Positions 1 through 8,174 of a stretch of DNA of 25,255 nt are shown here, in pieces. The translations under genes were made by a program, and so were the position numbers. The notes beneath the pieces were generated by a model. The model worked only from the letters and a program-made list of their open reading frames with translations. It made no database searches and was not told where the DNA came from. Within the stretch, counting starts at the first letter, position 1, and each line of letters starts with the position of its first letter. Origin of the DNA: a virus (Duplodnaviria; Caudoviricetes); the IMG/VR virus record IMGVR_UViG_3300021959_000353, positions 1-25,255 of that record; one strand, written 5' to 3'.

Positions 1-1
1 T

Positions 2-865
2 AAACCTTTCTGGGCTACTAATATTGAGACAGGCGAAGAGATTAAGTATCCAGCGGGTCACTCCAAGGCTGGACAGTCCTTGTTTAAACGTAGGTTTATA
101 CCTGCTAGTCTGTTTGATAACCCATACCTAGCTGAAAGTGGTGACTATGAGGCAATGCTTCTGTCGCTACCAGAGCATCAACGTAAGCAATTACTAGAAG
201 GAAACTGGGATGTTAACGAAGGTGCAGCCTTTCCTGAGTGGAACAGAGCCATACACATCGTTGAGCCTTTTAAAATTCCCTCAAATTGGACTAAGTTTAG
301 AGCTTGCGACTACGGTTACGGAAGTTACACAGGCGTTGTCTGGATTGCTGTATCACCCTCTGAACAGCTTGTTGTCTACAGAGAGCTATATTGTTCTAAG
401 GTTACAGCTACTGATCTAGCAGATATGGTACTGGAAGCAGAGGCAGAAGATGGTACAATTAGATATGGTGTTCTGGATAGTTCTCTATGGCACAAGCGTG
501 GTGATACTGGCCCGTCACTGGCTGAACAAATGAATATGAAGGGTTGCCGATGGCGTCCTTCTGATAGGTCTAGAGGATCTCGTGTAGCAGGTAAGAACGA
601 GATGCATAGAAGGTTACAGGTAGATGAGTATACAGAAGAGCCTCGTATGGTTTTCTTCTCTACTTGCACTAACACTGTAGCCCAACTACCTTCAATACCG
701 CTAGATAAAAGAAACCCTGAAGATGTTGATACAAATGCTGAAGATCACTTGTATGACGCTCTAAGGTATGGTATAATGACAAGACCCAGAAGTTCTATAT
801 GGGATTACAACCCTGCAACTCAACGATCAGGGTTTCAAGCCTCTGACCCTAGCTTTGGATATTGA
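2..865 (+). CDS. terL: Terminase large subunit, C-terminal part (5'-truncated by the window)
   Basis: The frame is open from position 2 (KPFWATNIETGEEIKYPAGHSKAGQSLFKRRFIPA...), so the TTG at 80 is not the start. It has RFIPAxLxDNPYL and LLEGNWD at the end of the ATPase domain, nuclease acidic motifs ACDYGY and EDHLYDALRY, and lies directly upstream of the portal. Confidence 0.95.
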   Translation, partial: KPFWATNIETGEEIKYPAGHSKAGQSLFKRRFIPASLFDNPYLAESGDYEAMLLSLPEHQRKQLLEGNWDVNEGAAFPEWNRAIHIVEPFKIPSNWTKFRACDYGYGSYTGVVWIAVSPSEQLVVYRELYCSKVTATDLADMVLEAEAEDGTIRYGVLDSSLWHKRGDTGPSLAEQMNMKGCRWRPSDRSRGSRVAGKNEMHRRLQVDEYTEEPRMVFFSTCTNTVAQLPSIPLDKRNPEDVDTNAEDHLYDALRYGIMTRPRSSIWDYNPATQRSGFQASDPSFGY

Positions 866-867
866 AT

Positions 868-2997
868 ATGGCAGAACAAGACGAACTTATGTTTGAAACA
901 GATGAAGTTACAGCGGCAGAGGATGCAGAAGATAGCATCTTTGAGTCTGTATCAAGCGTTGTATCTTTTGTAAATGAGCGATTTAAACGTGCAGAGGATT
1001 CTCGTAGTGGTGATGAGGATCGTTGGCTACGTGCTTACAGAAACTATCGCGGTATTTATGGAACGGATGTTCAGTTCACTGACACTGAAAAGTCTCGTAT
1101 ATTTGTAAAGGTTACTAAAACAAAAACTCTCGCAGCCTACGGACAGATTGTTGATGTGTTGTTTGGTAACAATAAGTTTCCACTAACTATAGACCCCTCT
1201 GTTTTACCAGATGGTGTAGCTGAGTCAGTTCACATAAACATAGACCCTAACGCAGCACAGGCTGGAGAGGCTTTAACAGCGGTTACTAGAGATGATGCCC
1301 CAAAGCCTTATCTTATTGGCCCAGACACAGAACTACTTCCGGGTGAAACTATTGTAGACTTACAGAAACGTCTTGGCCCATTGACTGAGAAGCTTGCACC
1401 CGTAAGTGAGAAAGTTGTAGAGGGAGAGGGAACTACATCTACTACAGTAACATTTCATCCCGCTATGGTTGCTGCTAAGAAGATGGAAAAGAAGATCCAC
1501 GATCAGCTTGTAGAGTCAGGTGCTAATAAACATCTGCGCAGTATGGCTTTTGAAATGGCTCTTCTAGGCACTGGTGTTATGAAAGGCCCGTTTGCTGTAG
1601 ATAAAGAGTACCCTAATTGGAACGAAGAGGGTGAGTATGACCCACTAGTAAAGACTGTGCCATCTACAAGTCACGTTAGTGTGTGGAACTTTTACCCTGA
1701 CCCAGAAGCTACATCTATGGATGATGCAGAGTACGTTGTAGAGCGTCACAAGATGTCTCGCACTGAATTACGTAGTTTAAAACACCGTCCTTACTTTATG
1801 AGTGATGCTGTAGAGCTTGCCGTAGATAAAGGCCCAGACTACGATATGAAGTACTGGGAACAAACTATGGAAGACAGTGACACTGAGGCTTCTACAGAGC
1901 GCTGGGAAGTACTAGAGTTCTGGGGTTTTGTCGATACAGACCTACTTCAAGAGAATGGTGTATCTATTCCTAGTGAGTACAAGAACTTAGAAGAGCTTAA
2001 CTGTAACATCTGGGTTTGTAATGGTGAAGTTCTTCGCTTTGTGCTTAATCCTTTTAAGCCATCAACTATACCTTATTATGCAACACCATACGAACATAAC
2101 CCTTACTCATTCTTTGGGGTAGGTATTGCGGAAAATATGGATGATACGCAAACTCTTATGAATGGGTTTATGCGTATGGCTATTGACAATGCTGCATTAT
2201 CTGGTAATCTAATCATAGAAGTTGACGAAACTAATTTAGTTCCGGGGCAGGACTTAAGTGTGTATCCCGGGAAAGTGTTTCGAAGACAGGGGGGCGCTCC
2301 GGGGCAAGGCATTTTTGGGACCAAATTTCCCAATGTAGCTCAAGAAAATATGCAACTATTTGATAAGGCTAGAGTTTTAGCAGATGAAAGCACAGGTTTC
2401 CCAAGCTTTGCACACGGTCAGACTGGTGTTAGTGGAGTGGGGCGAACTGCTTCTGGCATCTCTATGCTTATGTCTGCAGCTAATGGCAGTATACGAAATG
2501 TTGTTAAAAACGTGGATGATTACCTTATACGTCCACTAGGCAAATCTTTCTTTGCATTTAATATGCAGTTTGACTTTGACTCAGACATTCGTGGTGATCT
2601 AGAGGTACGCGCATCAGGTACAGAAAGCTTAATGGCTAATGAGGTACGCTCACAGCGTCTGATGCAGTTCTTACAGGTAGCGCAGAATCCAACACTAGCA
2701 CCGTTTGCTAAGATGGACTACATTATACGTGAGATTGCTAAGTCTATGGATCTTGATCCTGATAAGGTCACAAATTCTATGCAAGATGCTGCTATACAGG
2801 CTGAGATCTTAAAGACCTTCCAAGCTCCACAACAGCCCCCTACAGGGCCAGAAGGCGTTCCAGCACCACAGGGTCAGGATCCTCAAGGACAAGGCCCACA
2901 GGGAGTAGCTGATACGTCAGGTGGCGGTGGTTCACAGATGGGTATTGGTACAGCACCAGCACCGGGGGAACAAGGGTTTACTGGTAATGTCGCTTAA
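868..2997 (+). CDS. Portal protein (podovirus type)
   Basis: ~709 aa from ATG 868 (preferred to TTG 862). Motifs GTGVMKGP, VSVWNFYPDP, FFGVGIAENMDDTQ, GVGRTASGISMLM and a Pro/Gln/Gly-rich C-tail. Follows terminase. Confidence 0.92.
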   Translation: MAEQDELMFETDEVTAAEDAEDSIFESVSSVVSFVNERFKRAEDSRSGDEDRWLRAYRNYRGIYGTDVQFTDTEKSRIFVKVTKTKTLAAYGQIVDVLFGNNKFPLTIDPSVLPDGVAESVHINIDPNAAQAGEALTAVTRDDAPKPYLIGPDTELLPGETIVDLQKRLGPLTEKLAPVSEKVVEGEGTTSTTVTFHPAMVAAKKMEKKIHDQLVESGANKHLRSMAFEMALLGTGVMKGPFAVDKEYPNWNEEGEYDPLVKTVPSTSHVSVWNFYPDPEATSMDDAEYVVERHKMSRTELRSLKHRPYFMSDAVELAVDKGPDYDMKYWEQTMEDSDTEASTERWEVLEFWGFVDTDLLQENGVSIPSEYKNLEELNCNIWVCNGEVLRFVLNPFKPSTIPYYATPYEHNPYSFFGVGIAENMDDTQTLMNGFMRMAIDNAALSGNLIIEVDETNLVPGQDLSVYPGKVFRRQGGAPGQGIFGTKFPNVAQENMQLFDKARVLADESTGFPSFAHGQTGVSGVGRTASGISMLMSAANGSIRNVVKNVDDYLIRPLGKSFFAFNMQFDFDSDIRGDLEVRASGTESLMANEVRSQRLMQFLQVAQNPTLAPFAKMDYIIREIAKSMDLDPDKVTNSMQDAAIQAEILKTFQAPQQPPTGPEGVPAPQGQDPQGQGPQGVADTSGGGGSQMGIGTAPAPGEQGFTGNVA

Positions 2998-3175
2998 ACA
3001 ATTTGCAAACAATAAGCAAGCTATGGATGAGTTTAATGAACTTATTGATGAACTTATAGCTACACAGCACAGGACTATGGAACAGGCGGGTTCTGTACAA
3101 GAAGTCTATTCAGCGCAGGGTGCTATTAGTACGCTAAGGCGGTTAAAGCTACTTAAGGGGATAGTGAATGGTTGA
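2987..3175 (+). CDS. Small helical protein downstream of portal (62 aa)
   Basis: ATG 2987 overlaps the portal end, with SD-like AAGGGT at 2972-2977. Sequence MSLKQFANNK...AQGAISTLRRLKLLK. A small gene at this position is common in podovirus head modules. The track start at 2921 is probably too long. Confidence 0.75.
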   Translation: MSLKQFANNKQAMDEFNELIDELIATQHRTMEQAGSVQEVYSAQGAISTLRRLKLLKGIVNG

Positions 3176-5879
3176 CTATCGTAAACGTTTATCTGATATG
3201 ACTCCAGAGGAAAGAGCAGAGGTAGCTCCTTCTGCAGATAACTTTTCTAAAGTGTTTGGTGATAGGACAGAGGAACCTATGTCAGTCACCGCTGCTGATA
3301 CAGCCGTAAGTTTAGCTACACCAGTAGACTCAGTAGTAGAAGTACAGAAAGAGTTACAAAAAGAAGAGCCTGATTATCTAAAGGTTGGTATGCTTGCAGG
3401 TGTTGAAGCTTTAGGAAGTATACCTGCACTTGGCCCAGTAGCAAAGAGTATGATACGTAAGGGTGCAGACTTAGTTAAACAGACTGACACTGTGATAGAC
3501 GGTACTACTAATATACCACCTGTACCTAAAAAAGAGGCATCTCCCTTTGATGTAGAGTATGACTATGACCTTACTCTTAAAATGGAAAATATGATTGATG
3601 AATGGGCAAAGGGTAATGTAACCAATGCTAATTTAAGAAAAAACCTTGCTACCCTAGATATTAAACTGCCTTATAGAATTAGCCCTAAAGCAGATCCTAG
3701 TAGTCTAGATATACAAATGCCAGACGGTACTATATATAAGGGTACGGGAGATGTACCATCAAAGCCTAGACCTCTTACTTTAGATGCTACCTCTGACGCT
3801 GTAGATGATTTAGGTTTTTCCGAAAAAGATCTAGCTGATTGGAAAAAAGTAAACTACGCAAAAGATAAGTTTAGAATACCACCAGACGATGAAATGGCGG
3901 CTGCAGCTACTAATCTTCGTGAGGGAAAGATAACATCAGAAGAGTTTAGAAAACTGTCAGATGAGAGACAGCCCATTAAACCTATTACAGAGATGCCAAA
4001 GTTTCCAACAAAAGAAGAGGTTGTAAAGTCTTTACACGCTACAGACCCAAGAAAAACAAAGAAAGGTGTTTTAGGTGTAAATAAATCTATTGAAGATGGT
4101 ACACTTATTTCTTCTAGACTAGATATACCTGCTTATAATAATTCAGATACTTGGGTTGTATCACTACACGATGGTTCTGTAAAAGACGGTAAAACTGTAG
4201 GTTATGGGCAGTCTGCCGTTCTTAATAATGTAAACTTCACCTCTAACCCCTTAGCAGCTTCAAAGATTGCCACAGGTTCAGCGAAAACTACTATTGCTAG
4301 AATGCAAGGTGAGTGGCAGAATATGGCCCCAGAAGAAGTCTATAAGACAGTAGAGAATCTGTTTGACGATCCTGAATGGGTACAAGTAGGTATGAATCCT
4401 TATAGAGCTTCTTACTTTTATGATAAAGCTGATGGTATGCCTGTTGTTTCGGCTGAACAAGTAATGCAAGTAGGCCCATTAGTATTTGCTAAAAGGGCAA
4501 AAAAGACAACACCTGATGACCCTCGATTTGAGTTTGAGAATAAAATTACAGGTGTTAAAGCAAATTTTGATAAAGGTGGAATGGCTATGGAAGAACAAAC
4601 TCAAATGGCCTTTGCGCTGGGCGGCTCTGTAGAAGAGGTAGATCCCATATCAGGTAATGAAGTACCACCGGGATCTCTTCCAGAAGAGGTACGTGATGAC
4701 ATTGATGCAAGGCTTAGTGAGGGTGAGTATGTCGTACCCGCTGATGTAGTACGGTACTACGGTGTTAAGTTCTTTGAGGATCTGCGTACACAAGCTAAGT
4801 CTGGCTTTGAAGATATGGAAGCTAATGGACGTATTGGTGGTCAACCTGTACCAGAGGAAAACTCTCTACCGTTTGACGTATCTGAACTACAAGTAGAAGA
4901 AGAGCCTGTACAGATGAACGAGGGTGGTTTTCTAGACAGAGAGGCTTTAGAGGCAAAGTTTCCTGCTTCCTTTATGGGTTCTGGTAGCCCAGCGCAGGAA
5001 TGGAAGACCTTTGAAAACGAAGCAGGTTTAACTATTACTATTCGTTACGTTAATGGTCAACCTATGTCACCCATTCCTGCAGGGTATACTGAGGTTGGTG
5101 CTAGGTCTGAGCAAGCTCTTGAAGCTCCAAGGGGTGATGACAGTGACCCACAGTTTGGTGATCCTAGTAACGCACCAGAGCCTGTTGATTTAAGTAAACT
5201 CTCTGAAGACGAGCTTGAAAAAATAGGTGACAAGGCTGCAACTATGGGTACTCTTGAGGAAATAGTTGGTTATGGTACTGGGCCTGCTCTTACTCAAATA
5301 ATGAGGATGACCAGAGAAGGTAGAGCAGCAAAGGTTAACTCTGAGGTTGCTAGTAGGTTATCGAGTGGTAAAAATGCTGACGGTACAGATCTAACGGAAA
5401 GTCAAATAACTCAGTTAGGAAAGATTTTTGATAAAACTGCAGACACAGAAGATACAGGTTCTAGGTTCTTTGGTGGTCAGAGGACTTTAACTGAGGGTTT
5501 ACAAGATACTTCTGGAGATAAACAAGTCGGATTTGCTGACACATTCTTAGGAGATTTACTTGGGTTTGATGGAACTCCCGGCATACAAGCTAAAGATAAA
5601 GACGGTAATAAGTTAGGTTTAGATGCATCTATTTCTGGTAAACGAAGAAAACCTGTTGAAAAACCTGCAGTAGGTAGCGGTAGCAATAATGATGGTGGTA
5701 GCGACGATAGTTACAGTGCAGCTGATGCAATGAGAGATAGATTAGATAGACAAACTAAAGAAGAAGGTCAGTCTGGCGGTTTCCAAGGAAGTGTAACTAA
5801 TGGGTCTGTTTACGCAGGAGGTAATAGAGCAGAAGGTGGTTTAATGCTCAAGAAAGACAAGAAGAAAAAGAAGAAATAA
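3168..5879 (+). CDS. 903-aa modular protein, probably virion-associated/internal; function unknown
   Basis: Long ORF between portal and scaffold. It has a globular-looking domain at ~4098-4493, a block DPISGNEVPPGSLPEEVRDDIDARLSEGEYVVPADVVRYYG, four xxxGG motifs and a KKDKKKKKK C-terminus. Confidence 0.8.
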   Translation: MVDYRKRLSDMTPEERAEVAPSADNFSKVFGDRTEEPMSVTAADTAVSLATPVDSVVEVQKELQKEEPDYLKVGMLAGVEALGSIPALGPVAKSMIRKGADLVKQTDTVIDGTTNIPPVPKKEASPFDVEYDYDLTLKMENMIDEWAKGNVTNANLRKNLATLDIKLPYRISPKADPSSLDIQMPDGTIYKGTGDVPSKPRPLTLDATSDAVDDLGFSEKDLADWKKVNYAKDKFRIPPDDEMAAAATNLREGKITSEEFRKLSDERQPIKPITEMPKFPTKEEVVKSLHATDPRKTKKGVLGVNKSIEDGTLISSRLDIPAYNNSDTWVVSLHDGSVKDGKTVGYGQSAVLNNVNFTSNPLAASKIATGSAKTTIARMQGEWQNMAPEEVYKTVENLFDDPEWVQVGMNPYRASYFYDKADGMPVVSAEQVMQVGPLVFAKRAKKTTPDDPRFEFENKITGVKANFDKGGMAMEEQTQMAFALGGSVEEVDPISGNEVPPGSLPEEVRDDIDARLSEGEYVVPADVVRYYGVKFFEDLRTQAKSGFEDMEANGRIGGQPVPEENSLPFDVSELQVEEEPVQMNEGGFLDREALEAKFPASFMGSGSPAQEWKTFENEAGLTITIRYVNGQPMSPIPAGYTEVGARSEQALEAPRGDDSDPQFGDPSNAPEPVDLSKLSEDELEKIGDKAATMGTLEEIVGYGTGPALTQIMRMTREGRAAKVNSEVASRLSSGKNADGTDLTESQITQLGKIFDKTADTEDTGSRFFGGQRTLTEGLQDTSGDKQVGFADTFLGDLLGFDGTPGIQAKDKDGNKLGLDASISGKRRKPVEKPAVGSGSNNDGGSDDSYSAADAMRDRLDRQTKEEGQSGGFQGSVTNGSVYAGGNRAEGGLMLKKDKKKKKK

Positions 5880-5882
5880 TAA

Positions 5883-5908
5883 GGCTACCCGGCAGTAATG
5901 CTGGCCCC
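5883..5908 (+). promoter_or_regulatory. Structured RNA element in scaffold leader (CUAC/CC internal loop capped by a GNRA hairpin)
   Basis: GG(5883-84) pairs with CC(5907-08). CUAC(5885-88) lies opposite CC(5905-06). Stem CCGGCA(5889-94)/UGCUGG(5899-5904) is closed by a GUAA tetraloop. It ends just before SD AAGGAA (5915-5920). Confidence 0.6.
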
Positions 5909-5927
5909 AACATAAAGGAACTACAAT

Positions 5928-6875
5928 ATGTCTATGACAGAACAAACTATTATTAAAGCTGACAGTTATGCACACGAGCGTAACAAAGAACTTCTTGAAA
6001 AAGAGCAACGTGAACTAGATGCACTGTTAAAAGGTGAACAGGGCGATGAAGAAGCAAAAGATAATCAGGAACCCGATAGCGAAAGCGTTGAGGACACCCA
6101 AGTTTCAGATGAGAGTAATACGGAACAAAAAGAAACACGGTCAGTGGAATCCCAAGAGTCCGAAACGGATGATTCAGGAACAGATGGACTAAGCGCTGAA
6201 GAGAAATCTTTTAAAAAGCGATACGGTGATATACGTAAGCTCTTACAGAATAAGGAAAAAGATTGGAATGAAAAGTTTGAAAAGCTACAAGGACAACTTG
6301 AAAAAGCTTCTAAGAATGAACTGGTTCTTCCCAAATCTAAGGAAGAGATTGAAGCTTGGACAGCTAAGTACCCTGATGTTGCGGGTATTGTCGAAGCTAT
6401 TGCAGAAAATAAAGCTGCTGAAAAAGCTTCTTCCTTGGACACGCGACTCCAAGAAATAGAAGAGCTACGTACTCAAGCTAAGAAAGAGAAAGCTGAAGCG
6501 GAGCTTATGTCTTTACACCCTGACTTTGAAGAGATTCGCTCCTCAGACGAGTTTCATAACTGGGCAGAAAAACAACCTAAAGTTGTACAAGATGCTTTGT
6601 ATGAAAACTCAGAGGATGCTAAATCTGTAGCAGTAGCTATTGACCTCTATAAGTCACACAAGGGTATTAAAGCTAAGTCTACTAGTAGTTCAGATAAGGC
6701 TGCTGCCTCTTCTGTTAAAACTAAGGGTAGAACAACTGTAAACGATGATGAGAGTAAAAACTTCTGGCGTGAATCAACTGTTGCTAAAATGAGTGACAAA
6801 GAGTTTGAGAAACATCACGAAGAAATACACGAAGCTCAGAAATCTGGTAAATTTATTTATGATTTGTCAAAATAA
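5928..6875 (+). CDS. Capsid scaffolding protein
   Basis: 315 aa with an acidic disordered N-terminus, FKKRYGD followed by coiled coil, HPDFEEI..SDEFHNW, and a C-terminal helix MSDKEFEKHHEEIHEAQKSG. Lies immediately before the capsid gene. SD AAGGAA is 7 nt upstream. Confidence 0.85.
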   Translation: MSMTEQTIIKADSYAHERNKELLEKEQRELDALLKGEQGDEEAKDNQEPDSESVEDTQVSDESNTEQKETRSVESQESETDDSGTDGLSAEEKSFKKRYGDIRKLLQNKEKDWNEKFEKLQGQLEKASKNELVLPKSKEEIEAWTAKYPDVAGIVEAIAENKAAEKASSLDTRLQEIEELRTQAKKEKAEAELMSLHPDFEEIRSSDEFHNWAEKQPKVVQDALYENSEDAKSVAVAIDLYKSHKGIKAKSTSSSDKAAASSVKTKGRTTVNDDESKNFWRESTVAKMSDKEFEKHHEEIHEAQKSGKFIYDLSK

Positions 6876-6878
6876 CTA

Positions 6879-6906
6879 TTGACAATAGCTGCAAGTTTAG
6901 TATAAC
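6879..6906 (+). promoter_or_regulatory. Sigma70-type promoter for the capsid operon
   Basis: Perfect TTGACA (6879-6884), 16-nt spacer and TATAAC (6901-6906) at the start of the only long intergenic region. Confidence 0.7.
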
Positions 6907-6951
6907 TTGTATAGTATGCACTTAAAATGTGTATTTAAACTAAGACTCTAG

Positions 6952-7080
6952 CCACTAAAAGACTACCCAGACACGTTTAGCCCTTATTAGATACGGTAGG
7001 CATACCTTAATAATAAGCTACCTAGATAAGTTTTGGCCTCTGTTGTGGATATTGATCTGTAAAACTCAACGGTCATATCT
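6952..7080 (+). promoter_or_regulatory. Structured 5' leader of the major capsid mRNA (long hairpin with two CUAC/CC loops, plus a second hairpin next to the SD)
   Basis: Pairings by eye: AGA6960-62/UCU7039-41, CCAGA6967-71/UUUGG7032-36, GUUUAG6975-80/CUAGAU7022-27, CUUAUUA6983-89/UAAUAAG7011-17, GGUA6995-98/UACC7003-06. A second hairpin spans 7048-7079. SD AAGGAG is at 7083-7088. Confidence 0.6.
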
Positions 7081-7095
7081 ATAAGGAGATTAATT

Positions 7096-8166
7096 ATGGC
7101 TGCATTTGGAAAAGCTAATAGCTATACCAACCTTGACAATGGAGTATTCTCCAGCGTTATCTACTCAAAGCAGGCACAGATTGCGTTTCGCAAGGCTGCT
7201 ACTGTAAATGCAATTACTAACTCAGAATATTTTGGTGAGATTGCGAACCAAGGGGATACAGTGCGTATTCTTAAGGAGCCAGATATCACTGTAAATGCAT
7301 TGCTACGTGGTACAACCGTTTCGGCGCAAGACCTCGTTGACAATGACTTTCAGTTGACTATCGACAAAGCCAACTACTTTGCCTTCAAGCTTGACGATAT
7401 TGAAGAGCAGCAAGCCCATCACGACTTTATGCGCTTGTCATCTGATCGTGCAGCATATAAAATGGCTGACGCTATGGATGCTGACGTATTGTCATATATG
7501 TCTGGTTACACTACTGCGGGTGCTGTAGTTAGTTCCGTAAGCGGTACTGCTTCACACCAAACTGCAGGTGACTTGACGGGTGAACTTCTGACTGCTAACA
7601 AGTTGGATATGTCAGACTTCGGAAACATTACCACTTCTGCTTCTGCAGGTACAACTGGTGACTCAATTCCGTTGGCTCCTCGCTTCGGTGGTGCAACAGC
7701 CGCATCAACCGCCACAGCAACACCTCTCCAAGTTGTAGCCCGTATGGGTCGCATTATGGATCAGGCTAATGTTGATACTCGTGGTCGTTGGCTGTGTGTT
7801 GACGCCGTATTTATGGAAATGTTGAAAGACGAAGATTCTCGCGTATTGAACGCAGACTTCGGTGGTGCAGGACTGCAAAACGGTCTGGTACTTAACAATC
7901 TTCACGGTTTCCGTATTTACCAGTCAAACAACCTTCCTGCGAAGGGAACTGGCCCCGGAACCACAGGTACTACTGCACAGGACGATAACTATGGCGTTAT
8001 TGTAGCTGGACACGACTCCGCTGTTGCAACTGCACAGCAACTCAACAAAGTTGAGACTTATCGTGACCCAGATTCATTCGCTGATATTGTTCGCGGTATG
8101 CACCTTTACGGGCGTAAAATTCTACGTCCAGAGGCTCTGGTAACTGCAGTATACAACGCTGCTTAA
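7096..8166 (+). CDS. Major capsid protein (HK97 fold, P22-coat-like family)
   Basis: 356 aa with GEIANQGDTVRI, LTIDKANYFAFKLDDIE, GRWLCVD, GFRIYQSNNLP and FADIVRGMHLYGRKILRPE. Strong SD, and a terminator follows. Confidence 0.95.
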   Translation: MAAFGKANSYTNLDNGVFSSVIYSKQAQIAFRKAATVNAITNSEYFGEIANQGDTVRILKEPDITVNALLRGTTVSAQDLVDNDFQLTIDKANYFAFKLDDIEEQQAHHDFMRLSSDRAAYKMADAMDADVLSYMSGYTTAGAVVSSVSGTASHQTAGDLTGELLTANKLDMSDFGNITTSASAGTTGDSIPLAPRFGGATAASTATATPLQVVARMGRIMDQANVDTRGRWLCVDAVFMEMLKDEDSRVLNADFGGAGLQNGLVLNNLHGFRIYQSNNLPAKGTGPGTTGTTAQDDNYGVIVAGHDSAVATAQQLNKVETYRDPDSFADIVRGMHLYGRKILRPEALVTAVYNAA

Positions 8167-8174
8167 ATAGTTAG

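Noticed and set aside
80-82. TTG start for terminase as given in the ORF track
   Set aside because: The frame is open to the window edge and the N-terminal ATPase motifs are missing, so the real start lies upstream of the window.
5883-5912. Hairpin read as an intrinsic terminator
   Set aside because: No U-tract follows (AACATAAAGG). Reinterpreted as a leader element.
5861-5930. Frameshift or readthrough fusing the 903-aa protein to the scaffold (A-rich run, downstream hairpin, same frame)
   Set aside because: G-AAA-AAG is not a canonical slippery heptamer. The zero frame has TAA TAA plus another TAA before 5928, and both shifted frames stop without joining the scaffold frame.
6876-7095. tRNA, CRISPR array or small ORF in the scaffold-capsid gap
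   Set aside because: No cloverleaf or T-loop consensus, no spaced direct repeats, and no ORF with a credible SD.
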